A stretch of DNA of 39,516 nt from Fidelibacterota bacterium (lineage in GTDB: Bacteria > Fidelibacterota > Marinisomatia > Marinisomatales > TCS55), in NCBI GenBank assembly GCA_046861385.1, contig JBHHTW010000019.1:1-39516 (forward strand), in the 5' to 3' direction. The position numbers and the translations under genes were made by a program. The notes under the pieces are model-generated. The model searched no databases and was not told where the DNA came from. It saw only the letters and a list, made by a program, of their open reading frames with translations. How positions within the stretch are numbered: position 1 is the first letter of the stretch; every line of letters starts with the position of its first letter. Positions 11,051-19,756 of the stretch are shown here, in pieces.

Positions 11051-11070
11051 AAAAAATAAGGATGAGAAAA

Positions 11071-11865
11071 ATGAACACTAAACCACAAAAATCTCTTAAA
11101 TCAGAAATTAATTTTGGAAATACGAAACCCTATTTATTATAGTTGCCGAACATGGTTGGAGGAATAGCTGTTTTAATTTCTCCCAATTATTACGACACGT
11201 CGACAACAGCTATTATGGCTTACGAAGTCCTGGCTGACGAATCGCAATGGAAAACTTCCGAACTTCAGGGTTCATATTCTTAACTGGACGTTGCAGCTGT
11301 AGATAATGATTTAACCTTATAAATCATTGTGGGTCTGAATGTCTACAATCAATCTGATTCCAGCTACTCCAGTGTTTTGTACATTATCGATGGAAATACC
11401 GGTAGTATGGAATGGGTAAGTCGTCCATTTCAAGGATATTTAATAGTTACTTATGTAGCAAACATTGATAATGATGAAAATAGAGAAATTGTATTGAACG
11501 TATATGTTAATAATAATGAGAGTTATTTTTTGAGTATGTGGTCATTTGATAATGGTACGAATCGTGTGGTTGGTTTAGAGGAATTCGGAATAATGGAACA
11601 ACTTCCCAGTTATCCGAATCCTTTTAATTCAAGTACAATTATTCCATTTATATTGAACGGAAATAGTTCAGTAGTAATTGATATTGTGAATCTGAATGGA
11701 CAACGTGTAAAACGATTGACTAATAAAAATTATCCTCAAGGAAAATTTCAGGTTAGATGGAACGGGAAAAATGATCAAAACCAGCATGTTTCCTGTGGCG
11801 TCTATATGGTTAGAATAATGATAAATAATATCATAAATGCACAACCGATTGTTTTAACAAAATGA
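11071..11865 (+). pseudogene. FG-GAP-like repeat protein with C-terminal FlgD-Ig/T9SS-type sorting domain; 5' part broken by three in-frame stops
   Basis: The frame of ORF 11329-11865 continues upstream through TAA 11320, TAA 11281 and TAG 11140. The upstream translation (QWKTSELQGSYS*LDVAAVDNDLTL*IIV) repeats the intact unit EWVSRPFQGYLIVTYVANIDNDENREIV. C-terminus has SYPNPFNSST..WNGKN..GVY. Confidence 0.7.
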
Positions 11866-12650
11866 TTCTAAATGTTGTCCTATCAATATTTTCCCTTTAT
11901 CCCTGGAATATAGGAGCAAGTTCGTTTTATACAGCTGGTGAATACTCAAATGGAAGCCAGTCTATATCAAAAACAGTCTTTTGGTCTATGGACGAACGGA
12001 AAAAAAATGGTTTTGTATTGGGCTATGAAGAATTGATTATTTCTTCAGATAACGGAGATTATGAACAATATAACCTTTTAACCAAGGATATGTTTTGGAT
12101 CAAAAAACAATTGAGATTGGGTGGATTGGCAGGCAGAATGACAAGTAATAATACTGATAACGGTTGGTTTTTAGGTGGTTTAGTAGAAGGTGATTTTAAA
12201 TGGTTCGGTTATTCCTTCGGCTTAATTCAATCGAATTTTCAGCAATGGCATTTATTTTCAAATCAGTTGGCAGAATGGGATAATGTAAATATTAAACAAT
12301 ATAGTGGTGTGATCAGCAGAAGAATCAGATCGATCACTATTTTTGCAGGGGCACAATACCAAGAATTTCAAGAGGAGACTTATATAACAAATAGTATCAG
12401 TTTATCGGGGTTTTTCTATGGGAAATTCGGGCTTACTGTAAGCGGCTCATTCGGCGAAAGTAGATATTCATTTGATCCGTATTTATTGATATTGAATAAT
12501 AATCCGGAGATATTGAAGAAAAATCTTTCCGCTAAATTATTGTACCGGATTAATCCCAACTGGTACATCCATGGTGCATTCGCCCTTCATGAATATGAAT
12601 ATGAACAATCCATTAACTATTCCAGTATTGGAATTCAATGCAGGTTTTAG
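11862..12650 (+). CDS. Hypothetical protein, probable outer-membrane beta-barrel
   Basis: Alternating aromatic/Gly strand pattern, C-terminal IGIQCRF, ATGA overlap with the upstream gene. Confidence 0.6.
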   Translation: MILNVVLSIFSLYPWNIGASSFYTAGEYSNGSQSISKTVFWSMDERKKNGFVLGYEELIISSDNGDYEQYNLLTKDMFWIKKQLRLGGLAGRMTSNNTDNGWFLGGLVEGDFKWFGYSFGLIQSNFQQWHLFSNQLAEWDNVNIKQYSGVISRRIRSITIFAGAQYQEFQEETYITNSISLSGFFYGKFGLTVSGSFGESRYSFDPYLLILNNNPEILKKNLSAKLLYRINPNWYIHGAFALHEYEYEQSINYSSIGIQCRF

Positions 12651-12653
12651 CGT

Positions 12654-13088
12654 ATGAAAAAACGAATTATTAATATATTTCTGGTGATATTCATCAGTTC
12701 CCTGACCGCTCAAAATAATGCGGTGATGAATGTGGATATTGTTATCAACGCAGATTATGGTTGGCCGACAAAAGTTATTGTCAACGGTACAACTCCTGAT
12801 GATGGGACATTTCTTGGGATATCTTTATATCCCTATAATGTGACGGACGCAGAAACTGGCGGTAGGCACAGTAATATGGAGCTGAAAAAAGGTTCGTTTC
12901 ATCATGAAATCACGATTGATCAGCCTCTTCTTGGAGGAAGTTTTGAATTTGCAGTGTGGGGTAAAAAAGTGGATAAGGTGGATTGTACATTGGATTATTG
13001 TTATTGGTGTAAATCAAACGGTTTTCATTTTGACGATTTACTCGTGTATAAATCGGGTTTATTGAATCAGATGAAGGGATATGAATAA
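12654..13088 (+). CDS. Secreted hypothetical protein with a CxxxxCxxC motif
   Basis: Signal peptide ending LTA-Q; DCTLDYCYWC near the C-terminus. Confidence 0.7.
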   Translation: MKKRIINIFLVIFISSLTAQNNAVMNVDIVINADYGWPTKVIVNGTTPDDGTFLGISLYPYNVTDAETGGRHSNMELKKGSFHHEITIDQPLLGGSFEFAVWGKKVDKVDCTLDYCYWCKSNGFHFDDLLVYKSGLLNQMKGYE

Positions 13089-13105
13089 ATATAAAAAGGA
13101 AACAT

Positions 13106-13351
13106 ATGGAAACATCATTTAAATCAGAATTAACACTGAGCGATACAGGTTTTTTATTTGATCATAATTCAGGGTTAACGTACACATTAAATCCGACGGG
13201 ACAATTTATTTTCAATGAGATTAAAAATGGAAAACAGGGTACAGACATACTGGTTTCACTTAGGAAAGGATTCGACATTGATGAAGACACAGCCCGAAAG
13301 GATATTGATGACTTTTTCCGGCAGTTGCATGAATTAGATCTGTTGTCCTGA
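13106..13351 (+). CDS. PqqD-family protein / standalone RiPP recognition element (RRE)
   Basis: 81 aa; GFLFD..G.TYTLNPTG..I...(helices)..DIDDF..QL...LL fits the PqqD three-strand, three-helix pattern. RBS AAGGA. Confidence 0.88.
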   Translation: METSFKSELTLSDTGFLFDHNSGLTYTLNPTGQFIFNEIKNGKQGTDILVSLRKGFDIDEDTARKDIDDFFRQLHELDLLS

Positions 13352-14397
13352 TGGGTATTAATGTTGCTATAACAGGCTTGCAGGCTACGGATAATCCAGC
13401 ACCTGGGATTGGAGTAATCCGCTGTTTGAAACACCCGGATGGTTGGGATGGAAAAATTATTGGATTAGCTTATGATGTTTATGATACCGGCATTTATGAC
13501 ACAGGACTATTAGACCACACCTTTTTAATCCCATACCCGAACCAGGGGAGCAAGCAGGTCCTTGAGCGATTATTATATATTCACTCGCAAGTTAGAATTG
13601 ATGTCATTTTCCCTAATCTGGATAGCGAACTGGCTCTTTATCAGAAGATAGAAAAAGAGTTGAATGAACATGGTATTAAGTTATTTATACCATCCAAAAA
13701 AGCCGTGCATTCCAGGACGAAAGCTAATTTAACAACCTTCTGTGAAGATGCAGATATCTTGACGCCAAAAACAGTTGTCATTCGGGAATCGGGTCAATTT
13801 TCGACTGCTGTTGAAGAAATTGGTTTACCCGTTATGGTAAAGGGAGTTTTTTACGACGCTGAAAAATGCAGAACTGTCAGTGAGGCTGAAACAGCATTTC
13901 AAAAAATGCGAGTTAAATGGGGAATGCCTATCATTCTCCAGGAAGTCATTAAAGGAGAAGAATTTGATGTCTGTTGTGTTGCTGGGAAAGAAAGTGAACT
14001 TCTTGGAGCAGTTGCCATACGTAAAACGGGGTTAACTGATAAAGGGAAAGCCTGGTCTGCTGTAACTATAAAAAATGATGAATTACATAATCTGTCTAAA
14101 AAAGTATTAAAAAAGATAAATTGGACTGGTCCATGTGAATTGGAATTCCTTCAGGAAAAGAGTACAAAAAAACTGTTTTTACTGGAGATCAATCCACGAT
14201 TCCCGGCATGGATTTATGTATGTACCGGTGCGGATCAAAATTTACCGAAACTCATTGTGGATTTAGCATTTGGTCACACTGTAAAGTCACTCCCAAGAGC
14301 AAAATCAGGTGTTATTTTTGTACGCCACGCTACTGACCTGGTATGTTCGCTGGACTATTTAGAGCATTTAACTATCAGCGGAGAATTACATTATTAA
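13351..14397 (+). CDS. ATP-grasp carboxylate-amine ligase
   Basis: PVMVKG, ILQEVIKGEEF, GPCELEF, LLEINPRFPAW; TGATG overlap with the PqqD gene. Confidence 0.9.
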   Translation: MGINVAITGLQATDNPAPGIGVIRCLKHPDGWDGKIIGLAYDVYDTGIYDTGLLDHTFLIPYPNQGSKQVLERLLYIHSQVRIDVIFPNLDSELALYQKIEKELNEHGIKLFIPSKKAVHSRTKANLTTFCEDADILTPKTVVIRESGQFSTAVEEIGLPVMVKGVFYDAEKCRTVSEAETAFQKMRVKWGMPIILQEVIKGEEFDVCCVAGKESELLGAVAIRKTGLTDKGKAWSAVTIKNDELHNLSKKVLKKINWTGPCELEFLQEKSTKKLFLLEINPRFPAWIYVCTGADQNLPKLIVDLAFGHTVKSLPRAKSGVIFVRHATDLVCSLDYLEHLTISGELHY

Positions 14398-14418
14398 CTT
14401 AGAATTATTGGAGAAATA

Positions 14419-15765
14419 ATGAGGGAAAAAAAACCATATAGTAAACCAACCATTGTTCGTCATAGTGTAGGCGTACTGAACAAATTTGGTCGCCCGCCGG
14501 CGACAATTCCATTAAAAAGAATTGACGGATTTAATGTTGATGAACTTGTAAGCCAATACGGGTCACCGCTCTTTGTTCTGTCTGTACAAGCCCTTCGCGA
14601 CCATTATAAAAATTTGGATAGGGCATTTAAAACACGATATCCTAATTTTCAAATTGCATATTCATACAAAACAAATTACCTGAAATCTGTTTGCTCGATT
14701 CTACATCAGGAAGGAGCGTGGGCAGAGGTAGTATCAGGGTTTGAATATGATATTGCCCGGAATCTTGATAATCCAGGAAATAAAATTGTATTTAATGGTC
14801 CTTATAAGACTCGTGATGAGTTAATTCGTGCTTTTAAGGATGGTGCAATGGTCAACATTGATAATTTTGATGAGATGCAGTTAATTGAAGATATTGCCGA
14901 TGAAATGGGCAAATCATTGGAAATTGGCATCAGGATAAATATGGATTTAAATGATCCACCCTGGCATAAATTTGGATTTAATGTTGAGTCCGGTCAGGCT
15001 TTTGCTGCTGTTAAAAGGGCTCAAGCCGATAGCAAACTTCACGTCGTGGGATTACACTTGCACACCGGGACTTACATAGACGATGTTTCCATTTACTCCC
15101 GTGCAGCACAGGGGTTAGTTCATTTTTATACTGCTATTAAAGAACAGCTTAATGTTTCGTTGAAATATTGGGATATGGGAGGAGGTTACGCGTCACATAA
15201 CACATTACACTCTGCTTATCTTCCAGCTGAACAAACGTGTCCAACGTTTGATCAGTATGCTGAAGCTATTTGTCCAATACTCTTATCAGGACCGTTTCAA
15301 GCCGCAGATGCTCCGTTATTATTGATCGAACCGGGACGCTCTCTTGTTGATGAACCCTTTTCGCTTATAACATCTGTTGTTGCTCAAAAACGGTTACCGT
15401 CGGGACAAAGGGGGATAGTTTTAGATGCGGGGATGAATATTATGTCTTCCGTGCAATGGTATAGATACAATTTTCAATTAGCCCAGGATGCAGGACAGAT
15501 GTTGGAAGATACCGTCGTTTATGGTGGACTCTGCATGAATATTGATGTGCTGCAGCAATCCACATCCATTCCTCCCGTCCGCAGGGGAGATATATTAGTG
15601 ATTCCCCAAGTGGGTGCATATAATATTAGCCAAAGTTGGCAGTTTATTTATCTTCGTCCTTCGATTATTGCCGTTGAAGAAGGAAAAATTCATGTTATTA
15701 AGAGGGCGGAAGAACGCGAATATGTGCAGCAGTTTGAACACGTTCCGGATGAATTCAAGGCATAA
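14419..15765 (+). CDS. Fold-type III PLP-dependent decarboxylase (LysA/ODC-like), substrate unknown
   Basis: YSYKTN (PLP Lys), EVVSGFE, FNGPYK, HLHTG, DMGGG, EPGRS, GLCMNID, GAY. Confidence 0.88.
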   Translation: MREKKPYSKPTIVRHSVGVLNKFGRPPATIPLKRIDGFNVDELVSQYGSPLFVLSVQALRDHYKNLDRAFKTRYPNFQIAYSYKTNYLKSVCSILHQEGAWAEVVSGFEYDIARNLDNPGNKIVFNGPYKTRDELIRAFKDGAMVNIDNFDEMQLIEDIADEMGKSLEIGIRINMDLNDPPWHKFGFNVESGQAFAAVKRAQADSKLHVVGLHLHTGTYIDDVSIYSRAAQGLVHFYTAIKEQLNVSLKYWDMGGGYASHNTLHSAYLPAEQTCPTFDQYAEAICPILLSGPFQAADAPLLLIEPGRSLVDEPFSLITSVVAQKRLPSGQRGIVLDAGMNIMSSVQWYRYNFQLAQDAGQMLEDTVVYGGLCMNIDVLQQSTSIPPVRRGDILVIPQVGAYNISQSWQFIYLRPSIIAVEEGKIHVIKRAEEREYVQQFEHVPDEFKA

Positions 15766-15813
15766 ACGGTTGTCTAATAAAATTTGAATTATTACGATTA
15801 TACCAAAACAAAG

Positions 15814-15865
15814 GTACTGCAGACATTCTTGTCTGCAGTTGTACAGGCAGGAATGTCTGTACTAC
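15814..15865. repeat. Head-to-head REP-like doublet with a GTAG foot
   Basis: ACTGCAGACA-TTCT-TGTCTGCAGT (15816-15839) followed by GTACAGGCA-GGAA-TGTCTGTAC-TAC. The right copy read on the - strand starts GTAG and matches the left copy at 19/25 positions. Confidence 0.7.
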
Positions 15866-15961
15866 AGAACGGACTTAATTAATGAAATTACTAATACTAA
15901 TATTTCCATTCGCTTGTCCTCTTTCAGTATTAAGTCTGTATTTCTTGGGATTTCCTCTATT

Positions 15962-18010
15962 TTGAATACATTGCGAACATATTTAAGAATCATTATTTTA
16001 TCTTACGGCAATTTAATTTTTGCCTCTCATCCATTCCCCGCACTACTTGTTTTAACAGCAACATTTTTCCACCCAGTCGTCGGTGTCATGGGATTAATCG
16101 GAAACATTGTTTCTAATCTGGTTGCAAAATGGATGCATGCCAATAATGATGTGTGGAAAACAGGTATTTATGGTGTAAGTGGTGTTCTAATCGGTTTGGC
16201 ATTGGGGATGTATGCAGAACCAAGTATAAGGTTGTGGGTATTCTTGATTGTAGGCGCTGCCTTTTCTGGGGTGATTTCTGTTATGCTGGGAAATATCTTT
16301 GCCCGGTTTGATCTTCCAATCATCAGCATTCCATTTATGCTAGTTATTTGGATTTTACTGTTGACAATTGGAATCGCAAAAGGTGACTCGACTTCGTTCC
16401 ATGCTATAACATTTTTAAGAAAGATTGACCTTTGGTTGTTCGATCAACTTCCTCTGGCAGTATTTGAATATATCAAGATGTTTGGAAGCATTATATTCCA
16501 GGAAAACCTTCTTTCCGGTTTGCTGGTTTTGATTGCTATTAGTATTTATAGCCGCATATCAATGTTGTACGGATTGTGGGGTGGATTTCTCGGGATGATC
16601 ATTTACAGTTTTATTCATGGTTCACTGGATGGATATCATGGATTAAACTTTGTTCTGATAGCATTAGCATTTGGCGGATTTTTTATTGTCCAGAATAAAC
16701 ATGCGTTTCTATTTGTTTCATTAGCTGTTGTCGCAGTTGGATTTGTCGATGAAGGAACTGTTAAACTACTTAAAGCAATATCTATGAATCTAAATGGCGA
16801 AATACCCTCATTGGTTTTTGCGTTTAACATTATAACAATTATTTTCCTCCTCCCGCTGAAATTATTACCAAGTTCACCGCAGACATTTCGTTTAAATGCT
16901 GTACCATTGTATTTGATTAAAAGCCCGGAAACTAACTTAAAATGGTATCGTCGATGGACCGGTATTAAAACCCGGCAGAGAACGATTTTGACATTTCCGT
17001 TTAATGGTGAATGGATCGTTTTACAGGGGAATAATGGTGAGTGGACCCATAAAGGAGATGGACGTTTCGCATGGGATTTTGTTGTTAAAGATGAGAAAGA
17101 TCTTCAAGCACAAGGGACGGGACTTTCTGTAACAGATTTTTATGCGTTTGGTTTACCGGTCTTGGCGCCTGCCCCCGGAACGATTGTTGCCGTTGAAAAT
17201 ATGGTGGTGGACAATCCGCCCGGTGAAGCAACAACTGAACGTAATTGGGGTAATTATGTTATTATCAATCATGGTTTTAGCGAATATTCAGAAATGAGTC
17301 ATTTTCGCCAAGGGAGCATTACAGTTCTCCCTGGGCAGGTCGTCCAAAGAGGTGATATCATTGGTTATTGTGGAAATTCCGGACGGTCGCCAGTACCACA
17401 CATTCATTTTCAACTGCAAAATACACCAATATTAGGATCGAGTACGATTCCATCAGTGTTTGCAGAAGGCTTAATAAGTGGCAGGATTTCTACGAATTTC
17501 ATTCCTGAGAAAAATGATAAAGTAGAAGCTTTATCGTTGAAAAGTGAGAATAAATTCAATCTCCTGGGAAAGGAAGGTTCACAATATACTTATAATGTTA
17601 AAAAAGGATGGATGCAATTCAAGGAAACGTTGCGATATGGTACAGATGCATATGGAACACCGGCCATTTTATCCGATAATAATTTATTGTGGTATTTAAT
17701 TGAAAAGCCTTCATTTATTGAGATTCGACCTGATTTTAAAACAATACCATCCAGATTAATTCTATCCGGATTTATTGATATTGTGGGCGACAGCCTTATT
17801 CTTCCAAAATTTCTTCAGGATGGTTTTGAATGGGATAATGGAAAAGTATATTTCAAAAATAATAATTGGTTTGTTAAGACAGAAGGAAAAGTGTTAATGG
17901 TAAATCAAGGGGATGGTATTGTTGATGTGACTATGAAATCAGATCCAAAATTTTATTTTAAATTAGAGAGTAAAAACAACCGGTCTAAAAATTTTAATAA
18001 TATTTTATAA
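15962..18010 (+). CDS. Urea-transporter-family membrane domain fused to an M23 metallopeptidase-like domain
   Basis: About ten TM segments with SYGNLIF / FGSIIFQ repeats, GIYG, LPIISIPF; then HKGDGRFAWDF, APAPG, WGNYVII, GNSGRSPVPHIH. The start is uncertain: the track's TTG 15839 lies in the REP, so TTG 15962 or 15971 is more plausible. Confidence 0.8.
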   Translation: MNTLRTYLRIIILSYGNLIFASHPFPALLVLTATFFHPVVGVMGLIGNIVSNLVAKWMHANNDVWKTGIYGVSGVLIGLALGMYAEPSIRLWVFLIVGAAFSGVISVMLGNIFARFDLPIISIPFMLVIWILLLTIGIAKGDSTSFHAITFLRKIDLWLFDQLPLAVFEYIKMFGSIIFQENLLSGLLVLIAISIYSRISMLYGLWGGFLGMIIYSFIHGSLDGYHGLNFVLIALAFGGFFIVQNKHAFLFVSLAVVAVGFVDEGTVKLLKAISMNLNGEIPSLVFAFNIITIIFLLPLKLLPSSPQTFRLNAVPLYLIKSPETNLKWYRRWTGIKTRQRTILTFPFNGEWIVLQGNNGEWTHKGDGRFAWDFVVKDEKDLQAQGTGLSVTDFYAFGLPVLAPAPGTIVAVENMVVDNPPGEATTERNWGNYVIINHGFSEYSEMSHFRQGSITVLPGQVVQRGDIIGYCGNSGRSPVPHIHFQLQNTPILGSSTIPSVFAEGLISGRISTNFIPEKNDKVEALSLKSENKFNLLGKEGSQYTYNVKKGWMQFKETLRYGTDAYGTPAILSDNNLLWYLIEKPSFIEIRPDFKTIPSRLILSGFIDIVGDSLILPKFLQDGFEWDNGKVYFKNNNWFVKTEGKVLMVNQGDGIVDVTMKSDPKFYFKLESKNNRSKNFNNIL

Positions 18011-18064
18011 AATTTGGAAACAATTTATACTATTTGGGTTATATTAGTAATCAGAAAATAATTC

Positions 18065-18469
18065 ATGATGAGTAACCGAATTACAAAAACGATTCACCGG
18101 CATATTGGATGGCTCTTCTGCTTAGCATTGATAAGTCAAAACGTAGTTGAGTCGCCAGTCCTATGCTTTGAATCAGATGGCCATATTAATTTAGAATCTG
18201 ACTGTGATCATACGTGTATAGAACCGACACAGAACAATGATGAACATATAGATGATTGTAGAAATTGTGTTGATATTTCATTTTGGAATTACAATCCAGA
18301 TTTATCTTTTCTTGTAAGGTCAATAATTTTTGATTATGATATGTATGAAAGCAATCAAGAATTATTTTCCCAGGAACTTGTTCTTGCTCTACCCTACGTT
18401 TTTCAGCCATCGGAAAACCCCCACAACCATTTCCCGTCCTTTTTAAAGAATACTGCATTATTGATTTAG
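18065..18469 (+). CDS. Exported Cys/His-rich leader protein of the czc operon; putative metal-sensing translational regulator
   Basis: Hydrophobic N-terminus, VLCFESDGH, CDHTC, H..DCRNCVD, C-terminus LKNTALLI. First gene before czcCBA. Confidence 0.65.
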   Translation: MMSNRITKTIHRHIGWLFCLALISQNVVESPVLCFESDGHINLESDCDHTCIEPTQNNDEHIDDCRNCVDISFWNYNPDLSFLVRSIIFDYDMYESNQELFSQELVLALPYVFQPSENPHNHFPSFLKNTALLI

Positions 18470-18470
18470 A

Positions 18471-18545
18471 TACCCTTTCTGAATTCTGATTAGCCATCGG
18501 TTTTAAAAGAAACCGATATTTTTCAAACAATTATTAGAAAGGGTA
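18471..18545 (+). promoter_or_regulatory. Anti-Shine-Dalgarno stem occluding the czcC ribosome-binding site
   Basis: TACCCTTTCT (18471-18480) is the exact reverse complement of AGAAAGGGTA (18536-18545), which ends 3 nt before ATG 18549. Inner hairpin ATCGGTTT/AAACCGAT (18496-18517). Confidence 0.75.
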
Positions 18546-18548
18546 ATA

Positions 18549-19742
18549 ATGCAAATTATCTTCCGGTACATAATCTGTACCATACTTTCATCTCTGGCGT
18601 TTAGCCAGCAATTAGATATAACCTTGCTTAAGAAATTAGTGGTTGAAGGAAACCCAGATCTCTTGGCAAGTGAGAAACAGATTGATGTTAATGTTAGTCA
18701 GTTAGAGCAAACCAAGAGGTTGCCAAATCCTGTAATGGAGTTTGAATCTGGAAAGGGTGTTGAACCTGAAACTGTTGGTATGCTTTCTCAAACGATTCTC
18801 CTTGGAGGAAAAAGAAAACAGAGAATCAAATTAACCAGTCTTGAATTGAACAAGGCAAGATTAGAATACGAAGTTTTTAGAAGATCAATACTGACAAAAG
18901 CATTCAGTGAATTTGTTGTCATTCTATATTTACAGGAGAATAAAATACTCCAAAAAGACCGCATTGCTGTTGCAAGAGATCTACTGGATGCTGTGAGTAG
19001 AAAAGTAGAAGCCGGGAAACTATCACCAGCGGAAAAATCTCGTGCGCGGATACAACTAATTCAAGAGCAAATAAAATTACGATCAATTGAAAAATCATTG
19101 AAAAATTCGTGGAATTCAATTTCTGCACTATGGGGAAAGGGAGAAATATCATATAATTATGCCTCAGGCAGTTTATCACAGATGGGAGCATTTTCTACAT
19201 CTATTTCATTAGCCAATGTGCCGGAGGTCCAGATTTCCAAATTATCATTGGAAATACAACAAACGAAAGTTCTTTCCGAAAAAGCAAATGTGATACCAGA
19301 TATTGACTTGGGTGCGGGATTAAAACTGGGTGAAACTCCCGGTAATACCTATCAGGTTGGGTTATCAATTCCCCTTCCAATTTTCGACAGGAACAAAGGG
19401 AATATTAAAAGTGCGCTTTCTGAAGTGGAGAAAGCACAACTGGAATTAAAGGCAACAGAATTAGAGATAAAAACCAACGTCTCTAACCTTCAATCTGAGT
19501 TGGAAATATTGGTTTCAGAAATAGAAATCTTGAATAATGATATTATTCCTGAAGCTCAAAATGCATATACTACAATAACCGAAGGCTATTTGAACGGTCG
19601 ATTTACATATTTAGATGTTGTTGATTCACGGGAAATGTGGTTTCAATCCAGAGAACAATATTTAGGAGCATTGAAGGAATACCATCAAAACATTTTTGAA
19701 TTAGACCGGATAACGGGAAAATACCCAACATTCAATTTTTAG
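18549..19742 (+). CDS. czcC: CzcC-like TolC-family outer-membrane factor
   Basis: LPNP, LGGKRKQR, AGKLSPAE, LSIPLPIFDRNKGNI, GY..GRFTYLDVVD. Confidence 0.88.
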   Translation: MQIIFRYIICTILSSLAFSQQLDITLLKKLVVEGNPDLLASEKQIDVNVSQLEQTKRLPNPVMEFESGKGVEPETVGMLSQTILLGGKRKQRIKLTSLELNKARLEYEVFRRSILTKAFSEFVVILYLQENKILQKDRIAVARDLLDAVSRKVEAGKLSPAEKSRARIQLIQEQIKLRSIEKSLKNSWNSISALWGKGEISYNYASGSLSQMGAFSTSISLANVPEVQISKLSLEIQQTKVLSEKANVIPDIDLGAGLKLGETPGNTYQVGLSIPLPIFDRNKGNIKSALSEVEKAQLELKATELEIKTNVSNLQSELEILVSEIEILNNDIIPEAQNAYTTITEGYLNGRFTYLDVVDSREMWFQSREQYLGALKEYHQNIFELDRITGKYPTFNF

Positions 19743-19756
19743 GAGAAAAACGAATC

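Noticed and set aside
11071-11142. Short ORF MNTKPQKSLKSEINFGNTKPYLL (NTKP twice) as the RiPP precursor for the PqqD cluster
   Set aside because: It has no YxxP-type leader or recognisable core, lies 2 kb from the RRE and is in frame with the decayed gene. A remnant is more likely, though a precursor is not strictly excluded.
14419-15765. Calling the decarboxylase lysA
   Set aside because: The substrate-side motif differs (CMNID versus CESGD) and the context is not lysine biosynthesis.
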